Positions 47,043-56,951 of a stretch of 64,000 nt of DNA are shown one piece after another. Origin of the DNA: Holophagales bacterium (GTDB lineage Bacteria; Acidobacteriota; Thermoanaerobaculia; Multivoradales; UBA5704). Location: the NCBI GenBank assembly GCA_031404815.1, contig JANNIH010000013.1, positions 45,196 through 109,195 of the forward strand. The letters are read 5' to 3'. Positions within the stretch are counted from its first letter, which is position 1. The number at the start of each line of letters is the position of its first letter. A program made the translations under genes and the position numbers. The notes beneath the pieces were generated by a model that saw nothing but the letters and a program-made list of their open reading frames with translations, did not search any database and was not told the DNA's origin.

Positions 47043-48569
47043 ATGCGACCTGCCACCTCCCTCGCGCCGGGGTTCTTCGGTCTGACGCGCTCGGCTCCAA
47101 ACGCCGAGCTGCTCGGCCGGGTGACCCACCCGAGCCTCCGCGCCCTTCGGGCCGCGCGCTCCGATCGCCCGCTCGCCGAGGCGCTCGAAGCCCACGCGCA
47201 GGCACAAGAGCCACAGGCCGGCGTTGTGCTCACCCCCGAGCAGCGCCTGCTCGGGCGGATCTCGTTCGGCCCCACGAGCGCGGATCACGCCCGGATGCGC
47301 CAAATCGGCTACACCGCCTACCTCGAAGAGCAGCTCGCCTACACCCGGCTGGATGATTCGGAACTCGAAAACGCGCTCACCGCGGCGTTCCCGACGCTCT
47401 CGATGACCCCTGCCGAGCTGTATTTCGGCGACAACTTCGACCTCACCTATGAGCTGCCGATCGCCGCGATCTACCGCGCGATCTACAGCAAGCGGCAACT
47501 GTTCGAAACCATGGTCAACTTCTGGACCGACCATTTCAACATCGACCTCGGGGGCGACACCGCCCACTTCTTGAAGCATGTCGATGAGCGCGACGTGATC
47601 CGCAAGCACGCGCTGGGGAAGTTCCCCGATCTGCTGCGGGCGAGCTCGAAGAGCCCGGCGATGCTCACCTACCTCTCGAACGACTCGAACTACGCCGACT
47701 ATCCGAACGAGAACTACGCCCGCGAGGTGATGGAACTCCATTCGCTCGGCGCCGACCAGGGGTACACCCAGATCGACGTGCGCGAGCTCGCCCGCTGCCT
47801 GACCGGATGGTTCATCGTCTACGAGGAGGACGTGAACAACTTCGGCAAGTTCAAGTTCGAGCCCGACGCCCACGACAATGGCGCGAAGCGGGTGATCGGG
47901 TTGGCCATCCCCGCGGGCGGCGGCGTCACCGATGGCGAGAAGGTGATCAACCGCCTGGCGCTCCACCCGAACACCGCCAAATACATCGCGAGGAAGCTGC
48001 TGATCTACTTCTGGGGCTACGAACCGCCGCAGAACTACGTCAACCGGGTGGCCACGGTCTTCCGAAACACCGGCGGCGATATCAAGGCGATGCTGCGCAC
48101 GATCCTCCAGCGGAGCTGGATCGAAAACGCCACTCCGAAGCTCAAGCGGCCGTTCCACTACGCGGCCTCCGCCGTGCGCGCGACGTTCGGCGCGGTCGAC
48201 GAGCCCGGTCCGCTGTTCGACCACCTCGCGGACTCGGGCCAGCTCCCCTATTACTGGTCGCCGCCGAACGGCTATCCGGACACCCGCGTCTACTGGTCGG
48301 GATTCCTGCGCAATCGGTGGAACTTCTCGCTCGATATGGCGGCCACGGACTCGCTCGGCATCCGACTCGACCTGGACGCATTTCTGGGCCTCAGCCTTTC
48401 TCCGCAGGCGCTCACCACGCGGATCAACGCGCTGGTCGCCAACGGCAAACTCGCCCCGATCACCCAGAATGCCGTGCGCGATTTTCTCCGCGCCGGCTCC
48501 CGCACCACCGGGCGCGTCCGCGAAGCGCTCGGCCTCGCCCTCGCTTCGCCCGATTTTCAGGAATTCTGA
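47043..48569 (+). CDS. DUF1800-family protein.
   Basis: Typical DUF1800 length and motifs (...HSLGADQGYTQ..., WFIVYEEDVNNFGKFKF...). Always paired with DUF1501. RBS GGAAGGAGA. Confidence 0.7.
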   Translation: MRPATSLAPGFFGLTRSAPNAELLGRVTHPSLRALRAARSDRPLAEALEAHAQAQEPQAGVVLTPEQRLLGRISFGPTSADHARMRQIGYTAYLEEQLAYTRLDDSELENALTAAFPTLSMTPAELYFGDNFDLTYELPIAAIYRAIYSKRQLFETMVNFWTDHFNIDLGGDTAHFLKHVDERDVIRKHALGKFPDLLRASSKSPAMLTYLSNDSNYADYPNENYAREVMELHSLGADQGYTQIDVRELARCLTGWFIVYEEDVNNFGKFKFEPDAHDNGAKRVIGLAIPAGGGVTDGEKVINRLALHPNTAKYIARKLLIYFWGYEPPQNYVNRVATVFRNTGGDIKAMLRTILQRSWIENATPKLKRPFHYAASAVRATFGAVDEPGPLFDHLADSGQLPYYWSPPNGYPDTRVYWSGFLRNRWNFSLDMAATDSLGIRLDLDAFLGLSLSPQALTTRINALVANGKLAPITQNAVRDFLRAGSRTTGRVREALGLALASPDFQEF

Positions 48570-48597
48570 TCGCCCGCGCCGGCGAGGAGACCCGTTC

Positions 48598-49890
48598 ATG
48601 AGCTCGCATGAAGAGAAGAAGGGTTGCACGGAATTCCATCAGCTGTCTCGGCGCCGGTTCCTCGGCCTGTCGGCCGGAGCGCTGGCCGCGACGGCGGTCC
48701 CCGCCTGGTTGCCCAAAGTCGCATTCGCCACCACCGGTGGCTCGCGCGATGTCCTGGTTTCGATCTTCCTGCGCGGCGGCGCCGACGGCCTCACCCTCAT
48801 CGTGCCGCACGGCGAGAATGCCTACTACGACCTGCGGCCGACGCTCGCGATCCCCCGCCCGGGGAGCGGACCCACCTCTGCGATCGATCTCGACGGCTTC
48901 TTCGGGCTGCCGCCTGCGATGAGCGCGCTTAAAGAAGCGTACGACGACGAGGTACTCCTGTTCGTCCACGCGACCGGCCTGCCCGATCCGACCCGCTCTC
49001 ACTTCTCTGCCATGTACTTTATGGAGGTTGGCCGGCCTTCGCCCCCGACCTCGCTCTTCTCCGGTTGGCTGGGCCGCCACCTCGCGACCACCCCGGCCGC
49101 CTCTCCCGGTGCGCCGCTGCGCGCCCTCGGCCTTGGCTACGGCTTGCCGCGCAGCCTGGTGGGCGCCCCCCAAACCGTGCCGGTGCGCGACCTGGGTAAC
49201 GTCGGCCTGGCGGGGGACGAGGATCTCGCACCCGGGCGCCGCAGGGCGCTCGACAGCATGTACGCGGCGGCGACCGACAGTCTGCTCAAGGCGTCGGCGA
49301 GCAACACGACGCGGACCATCGACCTGCTTGAGCAGATCGACTTCGCCGGCTATCAGCCGGCCGGCGGCGCGGAGTACCCGGACGACGAGTTCGGCAACGC
49401 GCTTAAATCGACCGCGGCGCTGATCAAAGCGCAGGTGGGGGTCGAAGCGGCGACGATCGATCTCTCCGGCTGGGACAGCCATGAAGAGATGGGCGCGATC
49501 GACGGCGATCTGGCCGCGTTGATGACCAGCCTGTCGCGCGGCCTCGCGGCATTCCACAAAGACCTGTTCACCAGCGGTTTCGACCGGGTGGTGGTGACCG
49601 TCCAGTCGGAGTTCGGCCGCAACGCGAACGAAAACGCGAGCCGCGGCACCGACCATGGCCATGGCGGCGCGATGATCGTGCTCGGCGGCCAGGTGGCGGG
49701 CGGCCGGGTGCTCGCCGACTGGCCCGGATTGGCCCCCGAACAACTCTACGAAGAGCAAGATCTCCAGATCACGATCGACTACCGCGACGTGCTCGCCGAG
49801 ATTTTGGAGAAGCGGCTCGGCAATACGAACCTTGCCGCGGTCTTCCCCGATCCGGCCTACACCCCGAGCTTCAAGGGTGTGATTCGGTAG
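48598..49890 (+). CDS. DUF1501-family protein with Tat signal.
   Basis: RRRFLGLSAGALAA twin-arginine motif. ...TDHGHGG... sulfatase-like core. Confidence 0.75.
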   Translation: MSSHEEKKGCTEFHQLSRRRFLGLSAGALAATAVPAWLPKVAFATTGGSRDVLVSIFLRGGADGLTLIVPHGENAYYDLRPTLAIPRPGSGPTSAIDLDGFFGLPPAMSALKEAYDDEVLLFVHATGLPDPTRSHFSAMYFMEVGRPSPPTSLFSGWLGRHLATTPAASPGAPLRALGLGYGLPRSLVGAPQTVPVRDLGNVGLAGDEDLAPGRRRALDSMYAAATDSLLKASASNTTRTIDLLEQIDFAGYQPAGGAEYPDDEFGNALKSTAALIKAQVGVEAATIDLSGWDSHEEMGAIDGDLAALMTSLSRGLAAFHKDLFTSGFDRVVVTVQSEFGRNANENASRGTDHGHGGAMIVLGGQVAGGRVLADWPGLAPEQLYEEQDLQITIDYRDVLAEILEKRLGNTNLAAVFPDPAYTPSFKGVIR

Positions 49891-50836
49891 CCGGAGCCGA
49901 CGGTTTCCGCACGTACAGGCCGTCCCACTCCGATTCCCAGGTCACCCCTTTGTCACTCGACTTCTCGATGTACTGACGGACGCGGTCCGGTCCGAGCGGG
50001 GTGTAGGTCATTCGGTAGCGCGTCGAAACCCCGTCCGCGCCGACGGCGTCACGCGTGAACTGGACCGAATTGCCTACCGCCGCGCCGAACCAGTCCTGGA
50101 CATCTCCCTGGCTGTCGACATAGCGCTGGGTCCACGCTTTGGTGGCGGAGGACCAGGCGCTCAAGCTCTGGCCGAAATAATCGCCGTTGTTGTGCTTGTA
50201 ATCTTCGTGGATCGCGCAGCCGCCGAGCACCGAAGTGATCCGGCTGGCCGCGGACGAATTCCCCGCCGGGGCCTGCACGTCCCAGTCACCGAGCCAAAAG
50301 GAGAGCTGCTTGTACTCCGGAAACACGGAGCAAGGATCGGCCTTCGCGCGGACCGCGGCGATCGCCTGCACGAAGCGTGGGTCGCTCCGGAGCGACTCGA
50401 AATCCGGGTTTTTCTCCATTGTCGACAGGCCGGCAAAACCGAGCTTGACCGCCTTTTCGAGCTCTACCAGCGCCTCTTCGCGCTTTGCCAAGCGGGAGAG
50501 CACTCGGGATTTCCGGGCCGCAATGAGAATTGGGTCGTAGCCTGCTCCGCCCGACTGGGCATAAGCGTCGGCGGCCGGCTGCCAGTGACCGAGTTCGTGA
50601 TGCGCGGCGCCGAGGGCAAACCAGGCATCGGCGTTCTTCGGGTTGGCTGCCACGATCGCAGAATACGCCTCGACCGCACCGGCCCAATCCTTGGCCGCCA
50701 ACAGCGCCGCCGCGCGGGCGACCGGATCGCTCGCCGTCGCCGTTTCTTCCGCCGCGCCAGCCCGATCAGGAGCGAGCATCTGCCCCACCCAAATCAAGGC
50801 CAGCGCCCCGATCGCCCCTCTCCACCTCCTGCTCAT
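49871..50836 (-). CDS. Secreted TPR-repeat protein.
   Basis: Signal peptide followed by TPR-like helices (NADAWFALGAAHHELGHW...). Confidence 0.5.
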   Translation of the reverse strand: MSRRWRGAIGALALIWVGQMLAPDRAGAAEETATASDPVARAAALLAAKDWAGAVEAYSAIVAANPKNADAWFALGAAHHELGHWQPAADAYAQSGGAGYDPILIAARKSRVLSRLAKREEALVELEKAVKLGFAGLSTMEKNPDFESLRSDPRFVQAIAAVRAKADPCSVFPEYKQLSFWLGDWDVQAPAGNSSAASRITSVLGGCAIHEDYKHNNGDYFGQSLSAWSSATKAWTQRYVDSQGDVQDWFGAAVGNSVQFTRDAVGADGVSTRYRMTYTPLGPDRVRQYIEKSSDKGVTWESEWDGLYVRKPSAPATESHP

Positions 50837-50927
50837 CGAACGTCCGCTCCTGCCGACCATCGAGAACCTCCTGATTCGCGTTTGACATGCTTGCACTCTA
50901 TCAAACCTAGCGCTTGCGCCGACGCGC

Positions 50928-53264
50928 TTAGTGGACTTCTTTGGGTGCTCCCGGCAGGTCGAGCCGAATCCGCCCGTCGGCACCGAACCGGAGCCGGATC
51001 AGGCCGTCGCGATCGGTGCGCAGCACCTGTAGGTTCCGCGCGGCGAGACGCTCCAGCACCTCGGACGAAGGGTGGTAGTAGGGATTCTTCGGCCCGACCG
51101 AGATGACCGCCCAGCGCGGCTGGACGACATCGAGCAAGAACCCGGCCGAAGAGGTTCGGCTGCCGTGGTGGGCGACTTTGAGCACATCGGCGCGCAGGCG
51201 CTCCTCCGGCTGGTCGAGCAGCCGGATCTCCCCCACCCTTTCGACATCTCCGGTGAGCAACACCCGCCGGCCGAAGGCCTCGGCCGAAAGGATCAACGAG
51301 CGCTCGTTCTCGGCCGACTTCGCCCGTAGGACCTCCTCGCGCGTCGGCCCGAGGACCGAGAGGCGCCAACGTCCGACCCGGCCGGAGGCTCCCGCCACGA
51401 ACGTGCGCACCCGCGCCCCCGGCACCGCGAACAGCTCCCCGGCGCAACCCGTCGCGGGCCACCCGGGCGCGGTCCAGATCTCCCTGACGTGCAGGTACGA
51501 CGACAGATCGACCAGCCCCTGGCAGTGATCGGTATCCGGGTGGGTCATTACCACCGCATCGAGCCGCCGCACCCCCTCCGCGAGCAGGGCGGGGAGCAGC
51601 ACCCTCCCGCCCAGATCGCCTCGGCGCCAGCCACCGCCATCGATCAAAATCGCCCGTTCTCGATCGCGCAGCAGAATCGCATCCCCCTGGCCGACGTCGA
51701 GAAGCGCGAGCGTCGGTTCGGTCCCGCCGGGTCGGTGCGCGCCGACGGCAAATCCGCCGAGCGCCAGAGCGCTCCCGAGAGCCAACAGAAAGCGACGCCT
51801 GCGCGCCATCCGCCGGTCCGGAACGAGCGCCAGAAGACCCATTCCAACGGCCAACAAAACGGCGACGCCGAAACCGGCCGCTACCGGAACCGCCGGTCTT
51901 AGGCCGCCCGGAATCCGCGCCGGCCAGCCGAGCGGCGCCGCAAGCGCATCGAGCCCAGGCAGCGTCGCCGCGGCGAGACCGGGCGCCCAACAGGCGAGCC
52001 CCAGCCAGACGAAGCAGGCGGCCAGCGCGAACGCCGCCCACGGAATCGCAATCAGGTTGAGGACAAACGAGGCAGGCGCGAGCAGGTGAAACGCCGGCAG
52101 CGCCCAGGGAAGAGTCGCCACTTCCGCCCCGGCGCTCGCCGCGAGAGCTCTCCGCAACCAGGGGGTGGCCGAGAGCGGCCCACGGTTCCAAGCCTGCTCG
52201 AAGCGGGGCGCGAGCGCCAGCAGCCCGACCGTCGCGGACATCGAGAGGGCAAAGGAGAGGTCGAGCACCAGATCCGGCCGGCTCGCAACCGCGAGCAGCA
52301 GCGCGAGCCCGAGCCCGTTCTTGGCCGCCGGAGGGCGCTCGAACGCGAGAGCCGCCAGGGCCAACAACCCCATGACCGAAGCGCGCACGAGGGCGGGGAG
52401 CGGCCCCGCAACCATTAGATACGCGGCGACCGCTCCGGCCGCGAGCAGCAGCCGGACCCCGCGCGGCAGCCACCTGCCAGCCAAGCCACCGAGCAGGAAG
52501 ACGAGGGTCGCGGCAAGGCCCACATGCACCCCGGAGACCGACAGGAGATGGAACAGACCGGTCCAGCGCAATCCCCGTTTCCACGCCGGCTCGATGCGCG
52601 AAGCATCGCCCAGCACGAACGCGCGAACCAACGCCTTGCCCGCGCTCTCCGGCCCGGCCGCCTCGATCCGCCGCTCGAGCGCCCGCCGCCATCTCCCCGA
52701 AGCCTCGCCAAGCGCTCCCGGCGGCCGTTCGATCTCCAGAAATACGCGGCTCTTGAGCGAGATTCGCCAGCCACCCGGCTCGCTCGGAGCCGCATTGGCG
52801 AACGGCGCCGAGCGCCTCAGGTACCCCTCCACCCGAACCCGAGAGCCGAGCTCCGGCGGCTCCCCTGTTCCCGGAATCCGCAACCGCGCCGCGAACCGGG
52901 CCGAGGCGGAGCGCCCAGCCTGCGCGAAGCGTTCGACTTCGAAAAGAGCCTCCCATCCGTCGTCGTCGTCCGCGGTCCAATGCCCGGCGATCTTGCCCGA
53001 GAGAACCACCGGCCGGTCCGAATCGATCGACTGCTCGGCCCGGCCGGGCAAGGAGTAGAAGAGCGTCGCGACCAGGGCCCCCGCCCCGACCGCCGCGACG
53101 AGCACTCCCACCTGGCGACGTAGAGCCAGCCCCAAGGCGATGAGGGCGAACAAGAGGGGAACGGACAGGCGCACTGAGAACAGCGCAAACAGCGCCCCCG
53201 CGGTCAACGCGAGAGCCGGGGCGAAGAGAGGGGCGGGCGGGGCCGATCGGTCTTTGGATTTCAT
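50928..53264 (-). CDS. comEC: DNA internalization competence protein ComEC/Rec2.
   Basis: Polytopic N-terminal domain plus C-terminal MBL domain (LLDVGQGDAILL...HPDTDH). Confidence 0.8.
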   Translation of the reverse strand: MKSKDRSAPPAPLFAPALALTAGALFALFSVRLSVPLLFALIALGLALRRQVGVLVAAVGAGALVATLFYSLPGRAEQSIDSDRPVVLSGKIAGHWTADDDDGWEALFEVERFAQAGRSASARFAARLRIPGTGEPPELGSRVRVEGYLRRSAPFANAAPSEPGGWRISLKSRVFLEIERPPGALGEASGRWRRALERRIEAAGPESAGKALVRAFVLGDASRIEPAWKRGLRWTGLFHLLSVSGVHVGLAATLVFLLGGLAGRWLPRGVRLLLAAGAVAAYLMVAGPLPALVRASVMGLLALAALAFERPPAAKNGLGLALLLAVASRPDLVLDLSFALSMSATVGLLALAPRFEQAWNRGPLSATPWLRRALAASAGAEVATLPWALPAFHLLAPASFVLNLIAIPWAAFALAACFVWLGLACWAPGLAAATLPGLDALAAPLGWPARIPGGLRPAVPVAAGFGVAVLLAVGMGLLALVPDRRMARRRRFLLALGSALALGGFAVGAHRPGGTEPTLALLDVGQGDAILLRDRERAILIDGGGWRRGDLGGRVLLPALLAEGVRRLDAVVMTHPDTDHCQGLVDLSSYLHVREIWTAPGWPATGCAGELFAVPGARVRTFVAGASGRVGRWRLSVLGPTREEVLRAKSAENERSLILSAEAFGRRVLLTGDVERVGEIRLLDQPEERLRADVLKVAHHGSRTSSAGFLLDVVQPRWAVISVGPKNPYYHPSSEVLERLAARNLQVLRTDRDGLIRLRFGADGRIRLDLPGAPKEVH

Positions 53265-53297
53265 GCCCCCCTTAGACGCGAACGGGGGGCGCCAACC

Positions 53298-54623
53298 TTA
53301 CAGTTGCCCGCGGATGAGCGGCGCGATCAGGCGGTACCACCAGAGCTTTCTCACCTTCGCTTTGGACGCCCCCGGGAAGCGCTCGTTCGATCCCTCCGGC
53401 ATTCCCCGCTCGTCGATTCGCCACGAGCTTCTAAGGTGGGTGGCCATGATCCGTTCTTCGGCGGAGGCGAGCTCCGGGCTGTCGATCAGAACGGCGAGCT
53501 CCGAGTTCAGGTGCTCGGAGCGCGGATCGATGTTGAACGAACCGACGATCAGCCAACGCCCGTCGATCACCGCGACTTTGGAGTGCAAGCTCTCCGGCCC
53601 GCGGTACTCCCAGAGCTCGACGCCGCTTGTGACCAGCCGGCGCTTGCCGCCGACGTAGCCGGCCTGCGCCCAAAGGTTGTCGGTGGTGGCGAGCGAGTTG
53701 GTGAGGATGCGCACCTTCACCCCTTTTTCGAGCGCGCGCGTCAATCCGCGGCGGAACGCGCGGGTGGGGATCAGATAGGGCGATTCGATGGCGATCGACT
53801 CGCGCGCCGAATCCAAGCGCGCGAACAGCTCCGCTCCGACCCCGCGCGTCGGGTCCTTGCGGCCGATCGGATCGTGAAGAAAGCGGAGGTTAGGAACCTC
53901 GATCGGCGCATCGAGAAGCGGAATGGCGGAGAGGCGGGCGGCGCCGATCCGCCGGTCGAGCCAGGCCTGGTAGCCGTCGAGCCGAAGAGCAGCTGCGGCC
54001 TTCGCCGCGGCGGACGCGGTGCGTCTTCTTTTCTTCACGTGGTGGCTCTGCCAGAGCGAGAGAAAGTAGTCGCGCGCGTGGGCCCCGAGCGCACCGCGGA
54101 CTTCGACGTCGCAATCGAGGTAGTTGCGCCGGCCGAGCTGGCTCGGACCGAAGCCGAAGTAGGGGCTCTCGATGTTGCGCCCTCCGGCGATCAACACCTC
54201 AGCGTCGACCACCACGAGCTTGTCGTGCAGCCGGCGGGTCAGCCAATGGAGGTTGCCCCAACCGAACGGATGGTAAGTGCGGATCTCGACCCCCTCGTCC
54301 ATCAGGTGGGCCTGAACCGCCGCCGGGATCTTGTTCCACTGGTCATCGACCAGGAGCTTGACCGCGACACCGCGTCGCGCCGCGTTCCGGAGCAGGGAGA
54401 GCGCGCTCAAGGTGAACGGATCGTCGCCCACGATGAACGACGAGGCGAGGATCTCGGAGCGCGCGCCGAGCACGACTTCTACCCGCGAAGCCGCCGCTTC
54501 GAGCTCGGTATCGAGCAGGCGAACCCCGTCCCCCCGGGCCGGGTGGGTGCCCGCCAGCAACCCGGCAACGACCAGGGCGAAACGGCAGGCGGAGGTCGGT
54601 TGGGAGCGCGAGAAAATGGCCAC
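53298..54623 (-). CDS. Phospholipase D / cardiolipin-synthase-family protein (two HKD motifs). GTG start.
   Basis: HDKLVVVDAEVLIAGGRNI and HSKVAVIDGRWLIVGSFNIDPRS. Confidence 0.75.
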   Translation of the reverse strand: MAIFSRSQPTSACRFALVVAGLLAGTHPARGDGVRLLDTELEAAASRVEVVLGARSEILASSFIVGDDPFTLSALSLLRNAARRGVAVKLLVDDQWNKIPAAVQAHLMDEGVEIRTYHPFGWGNLHWLTRRLHDKLVVVDAEVLIAGGRNIESPYFGFGPSQLGRRNYLDCDVEVRGALGAHARDYFLSLWQSHHVKKRRRTASAAAKAAAALRLDGYQAWLDRRIGAARLSAIPLLDAPIEVPNLRFLHDPIGRKDPTRGVGAELFARLDSARESIAIESPYLIPTRAFRRGLTRALEKGVKVRILTNSLATTDNLWAQAGYVGGKRRLVTSGVELWEYRGPESLHSKVAVIDGRWLIVGSFNIDPRSEHLNSELAVLIDSPELASAEERIMATHLRSSWRIDERGMPEGSNERFPGASKAKVRKLWWYRLIAPLIRGQL

Positions 54624-54672
54624 GGGCGGCGCAGTCTACGACGGCTTGGCCCCTCGACCTTCCGCCCCCGCC

Positions 54673-55983
54673 CTATCCTCGAGAAATCTGCGCGCTCACC
54701 TCTCGCAGCAGGGCGAGCGTGGCCTGATCGTGCTGGGCCGCCTCGCCAAGCAGGCGGAGCGCAGCGAGCGCCTCGGGGCGGACCTTGTGCGATTGGAAGG
54801 CGACGAACATCTCTTCAACACTTGTGCGAACCTGCCGGGTTTCGCCCTGTGCCAACCAGATCGCAGCGAGGTCGAGGGTCACCAGGGCGCTCTCGTAGGA
54901 GAGGCCGAGGTTTGTGTACTCGCTCCGCGCCGCGCGGAGGAAGGTCTCGGCCCGAGCGAGATGACCGCGCCCGACCTCGATCTTGCCCTCCAGCCACCGG
55001 AGCTTGACGAGATCGATCGCGCCGCCCAACGCCGCGTAGAGCGGTCGGGCCTGCCGGATCAGCCGCGCGGCACCTCCCGGATTTCCGAGCTCGAAAAGGT
55101 AATAGATCAGGTTGTGGTACGCCGCGAGCAGCAGTGCGGGCTCGCGCTTGGCGGAAATCTGCGTGAGCCCCTCCTCGAGCAAGGCGGCCGCGGTCGCAAA
55201 GTCCTGGCGCCTGCCCGCGACCAACCCGCGAAGGATCGCCGCCCGGCCGGCGAGGTGCGTCTCGCCGAGATGGAGGTAAGCCCGATAGGCCTGGGCAAAG
55301 AGCGCATCGGCAGCGGGAAGATCCCGCGCGTCCTTCAGGAATGCCGCCGCGATCTCGGTCGCCGCGGCGGTTTCGAGCAGACCCACATCGCCCTTCTCGC
55401 CGATCGCCGCAGTGATGCCGAGCGCCCGCTCGGCGCGGGAGTGGAAGCCGCGGATCCGATGGGCGTTCGCGATCTCGGCCCAGATTTGATGGTGAAGCCG
55501 AGCGGTCTCGCCGGAGGAATCGGCCGGGGAGAGCTGCGAAGCGTGGCTCCAGGCGACCGAGACCAGTGCGAGCATGGCGTACGGGTCTTCGTGCCGAAGC
55601 TTCCGCGCCTGGTCCAGGGCCAGCTCCGAGCGCGCCCGGGAGAGCGCGGACGAACAGGGAATGTGGACCGGCGAGAGGCCTTTCCACTCCCGCTCCGCCT
55701 GGGAGCGCGCGGCCGCCTTCTGCTCCGCCCTGCGGAACACCGATCGGTCGCCGTTGCGCCGGCCGAACTCGACGACGTTTTGGGCCGGCGGCGCACCTTT
55801 CGCCGAGCGCTCGGCTGCGACGATCGCCTCTGCGAGATCGGCCATGCGTTCCCGACAAAGGGAGCAACCGGCGATGAAATGATCGAGGATCGCGCGCCGT
55901 GCGGGGCGATCCTCTGGGGCGGCGAGCCGACCGCCGAGAAAGGCGGCCAAGACTGCCGGGTCGAGGTGAGGGGTATCGATCAT
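54673..55983 (-). CDS. Putative anti-sigma factor / regulator with an N-terminal zf-HC2 (H-x3-C-x2-C) and C-terminal helical repeats.
   Basis: HFIAGCSLCRERM motif. No sigma factor is adjacent. Confidence 0.45.
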   Translation of the reverse strand: MIDTPHLDPAVLAAFLGGRLAAPEDRPARRAILDHFIAGCSLCRERMADLAEAIVAAERSAKGAPPAQNVVEFGRRNGDRSVFRRAEQKAAARSQAEREWKGLSPVHIPCSSALSRARSELALDQARKLRHEDPYAMLALVSVAWSHASQLSPADSSGETARLHHQIWAEIANAHRIRGFHSRAERALGITAAIGEKGDVGLLETAAATEIAAAFLKDARDLPAADALFAQAYRAYLHLGETHLAGRAAILRGLVAGRRQDFATAAALLEEGLTQISAKREPALLLAAYHNLIYYLFELGNPGGAARLIRQARPLYAALGGAIDLVKLRWLEGKIEVGRGHLARAETFLRAARSEYTNLGLSYESALVTLDLAAIWLAQGETRQVRTSVEEMFVAFQSHKVRPEALAALRLLGEAAQHDQATLALLREVSAQISRG

Positions 55984-56103
55984 CCGTCATCCTGCCAAAT
56001 ACAACTCGAGCGGTTCGACGGAAGTTACGCCGAACCGCCCTCCTTACGCAACTTCAGATTGTCACACAACTCCCCCTTGTCTCGCGATAGGGAAAATGGA
56101 GAC

Positions 56104-56348
56104 TCAGCGCCCACCGAGCGGATCGATCTCCACCCCCTTGTCGCCAACGGCGGCGAGCGCGGACGGCAAACTCTGCCAGAGCTCGACCACGCGCCGGGAA
56201 GCCGAGGCGAGCCAGCCCCAGGGCGCGAACGCCGACCTTCCTCCCCCCGGGAGCGCTGCGGAATGGCTCGGTACGGCGATCCAGAAACAGAGGATGACCA
56301 CGGTGGCGACAGCGGTGAAGCGACCGGCGGTTGCAGGCGCTCTCGACA
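56104..56348 (-). CDS. Small single-TM protein (81 aa).
   Basis: RBS GAGGGA precedes the ATG. Hydrophobic helix FTAVATVVILCFWIAV. Confidence 0.3.
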
Positions 56349-56480
56349 TGACACGTCCCTCGATCCCACGGGACGGGCCGGGTGCCGGGATGACCCCCGC
56401 GCCCGCGGGGGCAACGCACAGGCGTTGCAATTCTGGAGATAAGCATCGCAAGGATCGGCCCGCTCTTGTACAGTCTCGAC

Positions 56481-56951
56481 ATGCGCGACGGCGATCACGA
56501 CCGCTCTTTCGGGCTTTTGGAGCCGCTGCTTCAATCTTTTGGCGCGGCTCGCCCGGAAATCGATCGCGAGACCGGCCGGCCCATCCGCGAAATCGAGCGC
56601 ATCTTGACGGGAAAGGCCGAACCCGAGATGCGGCGCCTGCTCGGGTCCCTCGGGGCGCTCAACATCGAACCCCGGGCATTTCTCGAATCGATCTTCGCCG
56701 CGGTCTCCCCAGAAACCGACGAAACACCGCAGAATCCGGTCCGCCTTCGGTTCGAGAGCCGGCTCGCCGCCCTTGAGGTTCCGGCCGAACCGCCCGGTCG
56801 GCTGAATCATCGCTCCCTAGAGACCCCAGGGGAGGGTGCCGATCGCGACCTGGCTCTGAGGCTCGAGCGGAGGGTGGCGGCCGGCATCGAGAGCCGGCTG
56901 GCCGAGCTCGGTTTGGCTCCTGCGGCCGCCTCGGGCGACGACGATCGGTGA
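56481..56951 (+). CDS. Hypothetical protein.
   Basis: ORF translationally coupled (ATGA) to the downstream membrane protein. Confidence 0.35.
   Translation: MRDGDHDRSFGLLEPLLQSFGAARPEIDRETGRPIREIERILTGKAEPEMRRLLGSLGALNIEPRAFLESIFAAVSPETDETPQNPVRLRFESRLAALEVPAEPPGRLNHRSLETPGEGADRDLALRLERRVAAGIESRLAELGLAPAAASGDDDR

Noticed and set aside
50833-52980. 715-aa alternative-frame ORF on the minus strand within comEC.
   Set aside because: The comEC frame carries the MBL and competence-domain motifs. This frame gives R/G/A-rich nonsense.
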